Of a DNA stretch of 64,000 nt, positions 11,133 through 22,141 are shown piece by piece. The notes under the pieces are model-generated. The model was not told the origin of the DNA, made no database searches, and was given only the letters and a program-made list of their open reading frames with translations. A program made the translations under genes and the position numbers. This stretch comes from Fistulifera solaris (taxonomy: Eukaryota). Each line of letters starts with the position of its first letter. Position 1 is the first letter of the stretch. Location of the stretch: NCBI GenBank assembly GCA_030295235.1, contig AP026136.1, positions 1,116,001 to 1,180,000 on the forward strand, read 5' to 3'.

Positions 11133-12496
11133 TCACCTTGTGTTGGCGACAGCCACATCGAAATCTCGAGCATTCTGTGCGTAGCGTGCTTTTCGTTCCA
11201 TCCGTCGGGACAAATCGTAACGATAATTGACCATGACACCGAAACTGTTTTGTTGTCCGCGTGTAGAAAGATCCGCTTGTGTCACAATACGAAGGACTTC
11301 CGCTCCATTGCTCAAATGAAACCGTGCAACTGGATCCAGTGGCTTGTAGCTTTCGTCTGGCGTCGTTTCGTCAACAATATACTGTGTGGCGAGTTGATGA
11401 AGTCGTGTCTCTCGTTCATTCACGATACTCTCTGTAGCTGTACTTTCCTCGTCGTCTATGCTTTGATCGAGCTGTATTGTCAATTCGTGTTCGAAGGCAG
11501 GATGCTTCGCCTTGAGCCACTTTCGAAAATGGGGCATGGGGGATAGCGTCACAAATTCTTGCAAGCAAGGAAACTCCCCTCGCAACAAATTGACCGTCTC
11601 TGATATTAGCACTTCTCCGAGTCCAATCCCCGCCAAACCGCGTTCCAAGTTGCTTATTGAATAAAAAGCCGCTACCGTGGGTTGCTCGGTGGGTGGTGCC
11701 TCATGAATTGCACGCATACTGTTGGGAATGTCGGTCGCTTGGAGCGAGACATGAATGACCACGAGCGGCCGATCGAGCAAAAAGGGATGCACAAGAGCAT
11801 ACACTCGTCGATGTGGACCAAAGCGGTTGTGTAAATCCTTCCAACCTTGTACCGGATGAACTGCTTCTTTTCGTACAATCCGTTCAATGACGGCGGCCGG
11901 TGTCTGATCGTAGCGAATGCGTTGCGCAAGCAAGACGGACGGAGAGAACCACATGTTCAGGACGCGTCGCCAGTGTTGATCGAGTCTCGTAATGCGCTCC
12001 TGGAGGGTATAGAAATCGCTGTCATTGTTCGACTGTGATCGTTTTAGAAATGCCAAGTACGTTTGCATATCAGCACGGGAAGCCAAAAGAAAGCGTAAGG
12101 CATCCGCCGTGGCCGTTTCCAAAAAGCGATCGATCAGATTGGAATAGGGAGGCGCGGAAATTTCACTTTCAAAACTTTCGTTTGCCAAAAATGAATAATC
12201 TCCCGTCGTTGACAAATATCATGTATTTGGGACAAGAGTGCCGGCAATTCTGTGTATTGTCGAGTTACGAATGTAATATTGTCCCGCTGATGATCCGAGG
12301 GTTTCGACGGATGGTAACGAGAGTCTTCAATTAGCTTCTGAAACGACCGCAAGAGTTGTGTTGACGATGATTCATTCGTCGCACTTTGCCAAGTTTTGTC
12401 GTCGTGAGAAGATATGAACCGGAAAAGAGGCTTCGTTCGAACGACTTTGTGGTTGCTACACCTTCGCAAAAGAAAACGTCTAAAACTGGAAATCAT
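11133..12496 (-). CDS. MLYCD: Malonyl-CoA decarboxylase, mitochondrial presequence; one apparent indel
   Basis: EAVHP, FYSISN, GIGLG, FVTLSPMPHFRKWL, DPVARFHLSNGA and GVMVNYRY motifs. The two ORFs join if one base is restored in the run at 12187-12191. Confidence 0.93.
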
Positions 12497-12619
12497 TCTC
12501 TAGTATGAATCGATGCAATTTTCTATTTGAAAACATCTCAGCATTTTTAAGCCAACAAAGTTTGGCCTAGGTGAAATAATGTGAAATACCGGTAGCCTCG
12601 GAATTGTGCGTAATGGTCG

Positions 12620-12830
12620 CGTTCCAGAAATTCTGGAGATCGCCTCTTTGTTTCCAGAAATCTGGAAAAGGTTTTGTCATCGCACCGACACTGTACTCTA
12701 TCTAACTTACAGAAAATCTGGACAAAGTGCTTACATCGTACAGAAATGCTGTATAGTTTCCAAAAAATCTGCTGGAAACCGCGATTTCTTCCTGCAGAAA
12801 TTCTGTTCGAATGGTCCAGATATTCTGGAC
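12620..12830. repeat. Cluster of ~7 CAGAAA(A/T)TCTG-type palindromes in a divergent promoter
   Basis: Copies near 12624, 12654, 12709, 12740, 12760, 12794 and 12816, between divergent MLYCD and ARMT1-like genes. Confidence 0.8.
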
Positions 12831-12961
12831 CAAATACTACGGAGTACATCATATAAAAAGGCGGGAACGCATGAAACATGAATGCAATAAAATAATTACA
12901 AACGCAAATACTCTCTTCGTTGTGAATCCTTTTATTTTATTGTTGGTTCATTCGCATCAGA

Positions 12962-14499
12962 ATGAAAATAAGTTACATCTTTCGTTTTTGCATATTCGTT
13001 TTTATTGCAGAAACCGCATCTGCTTGGCTTTCCCTGACCACGAGGCAGAAACGTCATTTTCTTGCCTCCTCCACGCCTTCTTCTTCTTCTTCTTCTTCTT
13101 CTTCAACTCCCATGTTCCCATCTATTACTAATAACAATAATCCGCTTCCCAATCTACCCATTCCACCGTCCATTTGTTCGACAGAACCAGGTACATGGGC
13201 GTATGATACCATGAGTCGTCGAGTCGACGCAGAAATTTTGCAACGGACCTGGGACGACAATCAACATCATTGGAGGCAATGGAGTACGGAGCATATCGAT
13301 GTCATAAAACGATTTGAGTTATTACGAAATGAGTTGCAGAATGCCGCGACGACTCCTTTACAGCATTTGGAAAAACCCGTAATTACTTCATCCCAACGAG
13401 AAAAGGAATATCAGGAATGGCAACAAATCTTGGAGCCCTACGTCTCCAACAAAGATACCTGGCTGACGGCACCGTGGATGGTGACGGAATTTTTGGTCTA
13501 TCGGAAACTCATGCAGGCCATCGGATACTGGGATCCCCAATCTCCAGGATATCAGCAGGATCCCTTTCGAGCACAGAAACAAGCTGGATTGCATTCGTCC
13601 ATTGCTTCGGCGGAATCCGTTTTGGCCAAATTGTTTTACCAAACACCGGAAGTGTTCCACGAGGAATCACTAGAAGCTGGTTTGGCACTCGCCACAAGTA
13701 TTGCTTTATGGGGTAACAAGATGGATTTGTCGTTATGGCCCGCTGACAAAGAACATCGCAACAGTGATATCTTTTCCAAGATACTCGACCAGGCCAGTCA
13801 GAATTTATTGCACGATGATACACAAGTCCTCCGTCATCATTGTCAGATGTTAAAGGAACGAGGAGGAGGACAAGTGGATATCATTGTTGACAATGCCGGA
13901 TTTGAATTGGTGACAGATTTAGCGCTCGCTCATTATTTGATCGAATCGGGAATTGCGACGACGGTTACTTTTCAACTCAAATCGCATCCGACATTTGTGT
14001 CGGATGCCTTGGAAAAAAGGATTTGCTGGAAACCCTGGCCTATTACGAACAGTTGGATGCCGCAGAATTTCCGGCTTGTCACGCGGCTGGTCAAAAATGG
14101 CGTCATTTTTTGAAAGAGGGACAATGGAAGTGTCACGAAGACAACTTTTGGGCGCAACCCTATGCCATGTGGGATATGACCGAACCGTTGCGATCGGATC
14201 TGGTCCAGCGGTGTGATTTAGCGTTTGTCAAGGGCGATGCCAATTATCGTCGTCTTCTGGGGGATCGGATCTGGGATTATACGGCGCCTTTCCAAGATGT
14301 AGTGGGCGCGTATTTTCCTTGTCCAGTGTGTGCCTTGCGAACACTCAAAGCCGAAATCGGATGCGGTATGGATGCGGAGCAAGTGAACCGGGCACAAGAA
14401 TTGGATGATCAGTGGATGGTGAATGGACGATTTGGTGTGGTGCACTTTGGTACGGGCACCCATGAAAGGGAAGAGCATTCTAAGGCGAGAAATAATTAA
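12962..14499 (+). CDS. DUF89/ARMT1-like damage-control phosphatase, probable bipartite plastid presequence; one apparent indel
   Basis: LWGNKMDLSL, IIVDNAGFELVTDL, KSHPTFVSD, FVKGDANYRRL and LRTLKAE motifs. Signal peptide ends ASA-W, then a Ser-rich tract. Frame break at A-run 14013-14018. Confidence 0.92.
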
Positions 14500-14502
14500 C
14501 AG

Positions 14503-15456
14503 TTAATGAATTACTTTATTGCGATAATAACACAACCCCCAAGCACAGACAGACTTGCTCTTGAGTATAGCAGCAAACGCATCGATATCGATTTCATCGT
14601 CCTGATTACCCTTCCAATCCACAAGTTCCTTTGCCGCCGCACATTCGTATTGCTGCAAAGGATACTTTTGCGAGGGAACGGGTAAAATTTGACTATCGGG
14701 TACGAGCTGACATGTATCCTGCAAGTAATCGACGATTCGCGTCACATCCTGTAACGTCACGCGCTCGCGTCGTTCCTTGAGAGCTTGATAGAGTATTTGA
14801 ATACGTTCGGGAGTGGATGAATTCAAAGCAAGCGAAAGTGCCACCCACCAAAATTCAACCGGCATAGCATCCAGTGTAGTACGATTGTGTTTTTGTAAGG
14901 CAGCGACGATGACGCGATCGATGAGATGGCCCAGTTCTACGGTAAAAGAGGGTCCTTTCATGCTGGACAAGACACGACGTACGGCTTCGACAAAGGCTAA
15001 ATAGGTCATTTCTTCGTCGGCGACTTCGGTAATCAATTTCCGAAATACGTCTGGTGTCAATTGTGCATTCGCAAAGCGTAAATCGTCAATTTCTAGAGGA
15101 TCCAATGCGGCTTGTTTTTCTATTTCGTCACGGACCGCGTTGCGTTTGTTGGTGTTCATGTAAGATCGGACGAGATAGGCAATCAATAAACCGATCGAGG
15201 ACAAGAAAATAGCACCGAGATTATCGAGAAATACGTTGCTTTTGACGGGTGTTTTGTTGAGTGTCGTGGCTTTGGCTTCTTCGGCGGAACTTGTAGTTGA
15301 TGCGATGGGTGAAGAAGACGAGCAGCGCACGGCGGAGGCACTAAGAAAGGGTCGGGAGAACGAAAAATGAGGTGCGGCTGCTCTCTCCACCGACAAGCCT
15401 ACTCGTCTTAACAAATAAAGCTTTGTTTTTGTGAAAAGTAATGGACGAGATGTCAT
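14503..15456 (-). CDS. Hypothetical protein, mitochondrial-type presequence plus one TM segment
   Basis: Uninterrupted 317-aa ORF; Arg/Ser-rich N-terminus; hydrophobic AIFLSSIGLLIAYLV. Confidence 0.75.
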   Translation of the reverse strand: MTSRPLLFTKTKLYLLRRVGLSVERAAAPHFSFSRPFLSASAVRCSSSSPIASTTSSAEEAKATTLNKTPVKSNVFLDNLGAIFLSSIGLLIAYLVRSYMNTNKRNAVRDEIEKQAALDPLEIDDLRFANAQLTPDVFRKLITEVADEEMTYLAFVEAVRRVLSSMKGPSFTVELGHLIDRVIVAALQKHNRTTLDAMPVEFWWVALSLALNSSTPERIQILYQALKERRERVTLQDVTRIVDYLQDTCQLVPDSQILPVPSQKYPLQQYECAAAKELVDWKGNQDDEIDIDAFAAILKSKSVCAWGLCYYRNKVIH

Positions 15457-15479
15457 CGTGAAAGTTATGGCTTATTACT

Positions 15480-15915
15480 AAAGCCCAGCACAATAACGTT
15501 CAAAGGCGGCTCGGAGGAAGTTTGACTTTGATTCATGACTGAAATGCAGTCGTGAAAAAGGTCGCCTTCAGTTAAGCCTATAGTTCATACGGAAAACGAC
15601 AATGTCGCGAGAATTTCTAACACAGAGAACACAAGCGTGCGTTGTAGATGCTACTACTAGTAAAAATCATTGAATAGTATCAATTTTACCAACCTACCTG
15701 GTACAAGTAGCACCGACAACAAACTCTTGCTCAAAAGAAGATTGATTCATGACTGAAATACAGTCGTGGATATTTTCGGACTACCCTTTGGGTTTATAGT
15801 TATTATTAAAACGATGGTTTCGTAAGGATCGCATTCGCAGAGATTTGAGGCGCGTATTGCAAATGCTGCTAGTAGTAACTTTATGGTTTACCAATCTAGC
15901 AGAACGCACTAACCT
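15480..15915 (+). repeat. Two degenerate tandem ~215-bp units of a dispersed intergenic repeat family
   Basis: TTGATTCATGACTGAAAT(G/A)CAGTCGTG at 15528 and 15742. Each is followed by matching blocks (TATAGTT, ATGCT.CTA.TAGTAA, TTTACCAA.CTA). Confidence 0.85.
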
Positions 15916-16365
15916 GTAATAGGAAACTGGCCCGGAAAGATCATAATTCATTCATTTAGGACTCTTGACTGATCGTACTTACTCTCAATTTTATTACTAT
16001 TACTGATCAGATCATTTCGGAAGAATAAGTGCTTATTTAGGATCCTGGATACATCACGCAACGCAAATAATAAAACACAATACAGCTTTCTAGGATTTGC
16101 GATATCACTGTTCAAGCATTACGTGACACTTGTCTCGAATAACTTGGCATCTCTATTCATTCTTTTGTTCTTTGTTGTGCATTACAATTTGAGACTTGTT
16201 GAGAATGATTTCGACACGAAATTTGCGTACTATTTGACATGATTGCGCTGGGTGTCCTCATTGTAGATATGAATTCAACATGTAGTAGAATATCTAATCA
16301 ATTAGTGACCTTATGATAATACTGACACAAATCAATAGCAATCTGGATTACGCAACATGATGACT

Positions 16366-17784
16366 TCAATCTTGCCGTGCCAAAGCATCACCAATCCGAG
16401 CGAAGGCCCATGAAGGCACCATCGACTCACTGGAGTCATCACCGTCGGGACACGCATCTTTCTTGCACGTAGGACACCCTGTCGTAAAGCAATCATCAAA
16501 GGAATGAGATCCGGAGAGCCATTGATCAATGCAACCCACATGGAAGCTGTGGCTGCATGGAAGGACTCTCAAGCGATCTCCATCCGCAAACTGCTCCAAG
16601 CAGATGACACATACATCGTCATCCTCTGTATAATCCGGCAACCCCTTTTGATAGGATGGGAAGTTACGTGACCGATGCCTCTTGTCCTTGTGCTGAATCT
16701 CTTTCGATCCATAACCTCCCTCTTGTACCAGCATCCAGCTCCATTCTTCAGGCTTTCCCGTCGAATCCGAGTGATCATCTTCGTCGTCACTGGACGTTTC
16801 CTCCGGAATACGTGTCGCGGTGAGCCGCGACTGGTACGTAATTGTGGGCAGTCGAAAAATACTTTCCACGTCGAGGTGCCGACTGGCACTGCGAGCCATT
16901 CGCACAATGTCCATTTGTGAAATATCGTAATCGAGACGCCCAAATCCGCTGGTATCCGACGGACCGGCGGATCGAGAACCCGCAACGGCGTTGTGGACGT
17001 AATAGGCTTCGGCTTGGCTACTAAGCATGGCGGAAGAGCCATACAGTGAAGAAGAGTGCCTTTGCATCTGAACGGAACAGGCATCGAATTCATCCACCGA
17101 GACCGCCATTGACGGAATGGAGGATGATGAAGAGGAAGAAGAACAAGACGCCGAATCATTTTGACTTGCCGATGCTTCGACAGTAGCGAGTTCTTGACCT
17201 TTCTTGTTATTTTTAGCCTCCAAAGTAGCCTCCCATATCTTGCTATGATGCAGCACAACGTCATCGTCCTGGAAAAGCCAGCACGCTAAGATATTCAAGA
17301 CGCTACCCGAAAACGACGGGCTCTCCTTGTTCTTCAGAAACAACTGAGGACTTCCACCATACAATTGACCCGAGCAGAGCAAGTCCTCGAGTCGATGAGT
17401 TCCCGAATGATGCTCTATCGAGCGAAGAATTGCCGGCAAGTCCTGTTGGAGATACTCAGCAAAATGACAGGGCGCCTTTTGGAGAAGAGTGAAATCCATT
17501 TTACAGCAAGTGGGCGGTGCGTGACGAAACCAGCCAACATACGGAGATGATTTATTTTGCGGTTCTTGCGGATATGAATGAGCGGTGTATCCGCTGTTCT
17601 GTGTACTTGAAGAATGATGGTGCGAAGTCAGCGGAGGTGAGTGACGAAACCAGCCGACGTAGGGATTTGACTTGAGAGAAAGATTAGAGCATTTCCGGTA
17701 AGTAACTTTCATCAGTGTCGGCCTAGCTCTGCTAGAAGGCAGAGAGTTGTGGCGACGTAAATTTGAATTGGGATTATCAAGCAT
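16366..17784 (-). CDS. RING-H2 E3 ubiquitin ligase
   Basis: CVICLEQFADGDRLRVLPCSHSFHVGCIDQWL...CPTCK. Confidence 0.9.
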   Translation of the reverse strand: MLDNPNSNLRRHNSLPSSRARPTLMKVTYRKCSNLSLKSNPYVGWFRHSPPLTSHHHSSSTQNSGYTAHSYPQEPQNKSSPYVGWFRHAPPTCCKMDFTLLQKAPCHFAEYLQQDLPAILRSIEHHSGTHRLEDLLCSGQLYGGSPQLFLKNKESPSFSGSVLNILACWLFQDDDVVLHHSKIWEATLEAKNNKKGQELATVEASASQNDSASCSSSSSSSSIPSMAVSVDEFDACSVQMQRHSSSLYGSSAMLSSQAEAYYVHNAVAGSRSAGPSDTSGFGRLDYDISQMDIVRMARSASRHLDVESIFRLPTITYQSRLTATRIPEETSSDDEDDHSDSTGKPEEWSWMLVQEGGYGSKEIQHKDKRHRSRNFPSYQKGLPDYTEDDDVCVICLEQFADGDRLRVLPCSHSFHVGCIDQWLSGSHSFDDCFTTGCPTCKKDACPDGDDSSESMVPSWAFARIGDALARQD

Positions 17785-18648
17785 TTTCTTTCTCGCGACA
17801 ACGAGAATTTCGGCAAGGTATTCGCAAAGTAACGATAGTAGCTACTTCTTTAAGATAACAGATAGTTGCTCAACGAGGCAGCGTAATCAAGGATCTTCTT
17901 CTTCAAATGACTTTCTGGTGCAAATTCGAATTTCAGAAGTCAATTGTTGTATGCGGCAGATCCTTGCTGCACAACAGTGACACCTCGTCGTTTCAGATCA
18001 AAGAACAACTTGCGTCGAATTCGTCCTTTTGCATGCGATCATTCGTCACGTTCTCTCATCTCGGGAATGTCTTTTGCATTTGCAATAAAGCCAAATGGTA
18101 CTCGCGAACGGTTATTTACTTATTGTGCGGACGCGAGCTCACGGTTTGTATTTATTAACCAGTGTCATAGAAATCGTACAAATATATTGTGTTCTTGTAG
18201 AGAGTCCGCAAAAGTAGCGCGTTCGGAACGCACGCACTGCACCCAAACACGCACGGCAGACGTGAGTTCAAACTGCGGGAAGATTTTGACACGTGTCGCA
18301 TTCAACATTTAAAACGTGCGTACAGTACTCTTTTTGCGATCCACGTCGATTCGAATTTCGTGCCGAAATTCGTGCAATGGCTGACTCGTGACAACTCATG
18401 ACTTATAATAGTGACGGTAAGATCATCATACTGGAAGGTCTCCTTCGGCATCATCAGGTAAGAAGGAGCTAGGAGGGAAATCACTCAAAACGATTATCGG
18501 GGTACTATTACTATCAATGTCTATCAGATGTGGGAGTGGAGGAAGAAAAGCCAAGCTGCATCGCTTTTGTTCTTCGAATTGCTGGTTAAGCTTGAAGCGC
18601 TTCGTGTCTTACGGTGTCAAGTGCATCACTTCGACATTGTATCATAAG

Positions 18649-19306
18649 TTATGATTCGAACGAAATCATAAAGAAGGATTCCGAAATAAATCCGCGATGG
18701 GAATTAACTCTGTTCGTCCAAATCCACCTCCAGGAGGATCAGGAGACGTTGGGTCACCGTTTGCGTCGTTCGGGTAGCACCACAACAGCAGTCGCCGTGA
18801 GAGTTTGTGAAGTGGCACAAAGCTTGTCTCTGTTTCATCTTTGAAAAGACAAGCGTTTCAGTTCGTTTGTCTTTGATAATGTGGAGTCGGTAGGTGATCA
18901 TCATATTGTCGGTGAACGCGTAATGAATATCTAACTCCTTCTTCTGTCGTTTCTTGTCTTCTTCCTCTAGACGTTGCAGTTCCAGAGCGGCTTCTTTACG
19001 ATTGAATCGCTTTCGTTTTTTGAGGATTTCGTTCTTCTCTGCTATTGGGATACCGCCGGGTCCCAAAGGCGGCGGTACTTTCTCATGGTTCAATTCAGCG
19101 CGTTTCTGCTCCAATTCATCGTCGAACATTCGCGGAATCACTTTTTCTTCCAGTAGTTTGAGTAGTTCATTAAATTTCGAGTTTCCTGGAGTTTTATCCT
19201 CATTGAACCACGAAATATCCGCTCGTCGGATGTGTAAAACAACATCGACGCACTGTTGTTGCCCCACTTTGATTTCCAGAAAAGTACGCGGGTGAGCTAT
19301 CTTCAT
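18649..19306 (-). CDS. Hypothetical protein; C-terminus probably in another frame after an indel near 18840
   Basis: 200-aa ORF. The alternative frame gives a more protein-like tail (VPLHKLSRRLLLWCYP...IPIADLFRNP). 3' end is inferred. Confidence 0.6.
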
Positions 19307-19791
19307 GGGTCCCGCTTTTCCGCTGACTAGTGATGGAAAGTCGACTTGATGTCGTTCATGAAACGATTTAGTTTACTTCCTTTTGCTCGTTCTGAAGGTT
19401 GAGTTCGTTGGCATTTTGGGAGATGTCGAAAAAATTCTGTTGGCTTGTGGATCAATCCCGCAAACACGTGACTCAAAACATTATTACGAAGTCTAGGTTT
19501 AACTTCAACCTCTCATTGGGTTTAACTCCAATTCACACAGCCATAAAATATGCCGAAGTAGCTTAGCGCCACGTTGGTTGCTGAAAACTTTTATCCGTTA
19601 GTTGCCAGAAAAAGTACTCAGGTTAAGCTACAAAACCAGTGATGTAACTGGTGAATTTTAATATACAGTACAACTACTTAAAATTTAAACGACGATTACC
19701 ATTCTGAAGAGACATCTCCTTCAATCACACGTGGCTTACAAAAATGAGGTGAAGCAGATTCAATCTGAGCAAAATCTTTGCTTGTGGATTG

Positions 19792-20474
19792 CTACTCTGA
19801 TTGGGTGCCTGGAATTTCTTCGACAGCGCGCGTAGCAATAATGCAAGAGGCGGAGAGATCGGGCAGTTGAGGTAGTGCTTTGATTTCATTTCTTTGCAAT
19901 TGTTTGGCACTGTGATATGGATCCGTAAGCGAACGCGTCACTACAGAATTTGGGGATTTCCTTCCTCCAGGTGTTATGACAATGGGTCTACCATCGTAGT
20001 CATTCGCATATTTGAACCCAGCGGCCACAGCCAAAGGTTTGTTTCGTCTTTTACGCGATCTCTCAGATGAAGAAATCGGTTTAGTGCTTGCAATTGAGGC
20101 TACGTCGCCGTATGGATTGACGGAGGAAGATAGGCCCACCAAGTCGGCTCCACCAGGGAAGAAACCCTCCGTACTGCAGCAAGTCACCTAAAGATTCGGG
20201 TTGGTGTGAGTGCAATTTTGCAGAAGCGTAATTGCGATTCAAATATACGTACATTATTACACCCATCAGAAAAGGCTGCAAGAAAGAAGTCTCGATAGAT
20301 GGATACTTCCCCGAACAAGGAGCGAAATGAGTTCCTTGTTCGCTCAGATTCAGTGTATTTATTGTCATCAATTTTCGAATCTTCCATCCCGTCGTAGTCT
20401 TCATCATCCATTATCCGATGAATTTCAGCGACACCCCTGACATTGTTCGTTTCCTCGTCACAAAGAATGGACAT
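19792..20474 (-). CDS. Hypothetical protein, 2 exons
   Basis: GTACGT...TTTAG intron 20188-20252 joins the two ORFs in phase 0 (GCNN/VTCC). Start codon uncertain. Confidence 0.6.
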
Positions 20475-21262
20475 TTGTTGCAATGCAATGTAGTTGCTCC
20501 TTTCACTTCTTGAGAAGTCTTGAGAAGATTTCAAAAAGTGCAAGACCCAAAAAGAAATTTCGCTGAATGCGTTTTGCGAATTGGGGGGAAGAGGGGAGCG
20601 ATGTCTGGGTTCTAACATCACCAGGTATTATTGATAGGTATTTCTTATTTCAGTTTCCAACGTATAAAGATCACAGTACTAGCTAGTATCCGCGTAAAGA
20701 AAGGGGGAAGTGAGATTATTTTGCATTTAATTTTATGACCGTTAATTGGCGTTACACGAAATGGATTTCCTTTAAGTAGAAGCGTTGGCATTAGTTTTGG
20801 GGCGTGTCACGAGGATTATTATGACGTTCTACGCTTCTTGAAATCTTAATGCCACGCAGGATTGGAAGGATTTTTGCAAGGTGACCGTAACCTTTAGTTG
20901 TAGGAAGCAACAACTTAATTTCGTACAAAGAGAGATGCATCTTTTTAGTATTGCACGTCACACAATGCCAATAACATCAAAACGATGGTAAAGTGTATTT
21001 GTCTCAAGCAATCTATGAAAGCAACCATCACTGGTTCAGCAAGTGGAGTAATGAATCCTTCTGATAAAGACCGAGTCGTCCATTTTTTACAACGCCTCTT
21101 ACCTAGACAATAAAGAAAGAAGCAAGATTATCTTCTGGTTGAACCAATACTTTGTATGCTCATTGCTATAGGATCAGTGAGACTATTACATGACGCTACA
21201 GTTCTAGCAAGAGAATCGTAGAAGGAAGATCGAGTTCTCTCACATTCGACGATGTATCTCCA

Positions 21263-21793
21263 TTACCGCTTTCGTGTTGCCATATATCGCCACGTCAATA
21301 AAGAGATCACAGCGACTGCTGCGGCAACGTGAGCACCTTTTCTCCAGTTCTCTTCCTTCACGTTTGCAGCTTTGCCACCATGCTCGAAAAGACTTCGCAT
21401 AGGAGTCAACACTTGCTCCGCCTCTTGAATGAGGGCTTTATCAATATTAAGCTCTTCAAAGGTCCTTCTCAAGTGCTTCATCATCAAATCAAAGTGACTT
21501 TCGTTCAGCCCCATTTCGAATAATTTGGCGTGTTTGTTGAGAACAAGATGTTCGACATCCAAGTCTTTCGGCATGGTCGTAAAGGCAATCGACATGAAAT
21601 TAAACTGATGCCATTTGAGGACCGAAATGTTATTTCCGTGGAAAAAGCGATTTAGTTCCGGATCCTGCAGCAGCCGATCGTAGAATTGATCCACGGCCGC
21701 ATTCAGAACTTGTTTGCCTCCGAGTTTGGCCAAGAGTTCGTCCTTGCGGGCACTCTGGCTGCTGTGTAAGACTTCGGCACTCGCTAATGTCAT
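21263..21793 (-). CDS. Group I truncated (2/2) hemoglobin with C-terminal hydrophobic tail
   Basis: KLGG, AVDQFYDRLLQDPELNRFF, HQFNFM, proximal His in KHAKL, and GLNESHFD motifs. Confidence 0.92.
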   Translation of the reverse strand: MTLASAEVLHSSQSARKDELLAKLGGKQVLNAAVDQFYDRLLQDPELNRFFHGNNISVLKWHQFNFMSIAFTTMPKDLDVEHLVLNKHAKLFEMGLNESHFDLMMKHLRRTFEELNIDKALIQEAEQVLTPMRSLFEHGGKAANVKEENWRKGAHVAAAVAVISLLTWRYMATRKR

Positions 21794-22141
21794 GGTGAAG
21801 AGTAAGAAAGGAAAAGAGAATGTGACGAGTAATGCAAGTCAACAAAGAAGGCGAAGAAAAAAGGATATTGCGGTTTTAATAAGAAGTGTCATTTCAATGT
21901 GACGCGTCGACGCGTCGGAGGAAAAAAAATTACGTGCAGAATTGTGCGCGAAGGGTTCAAACGCGAATTGTTCGCCGTAAAAAAAGCGAACCAGCGAAAT
22001 GTCGCACCGCGTTGTTGCGATGGAGAGACACACAGCGCAGAAAATTAAACAAAAGAGAGAAAATGAAATCTCTCTTTCTTTCATCTAATCTTCGAAGTAT
22101 GAAAGACCACTGCTAACACATCTTTACGGCTATCACTAATC

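Noticed and set aside
13078..13104. (TCT)n microsatellite as a separate element
   Set aside because: It encodes the poly-Ser tract of the transit-peptide region.
14011..14020. Programmed ribosomal frameshift at GGAAAAAAGG
   Set aside because: One of many homopolymer breaks in unrelated genes; assembly error is more parsimonious.
18704..19306. SLX4IP-like assignment for the hypothetical protein
   Set aside because: Only a vague resemblance (VLHI...SWF...ELLKLL); not supportable without a profile search.
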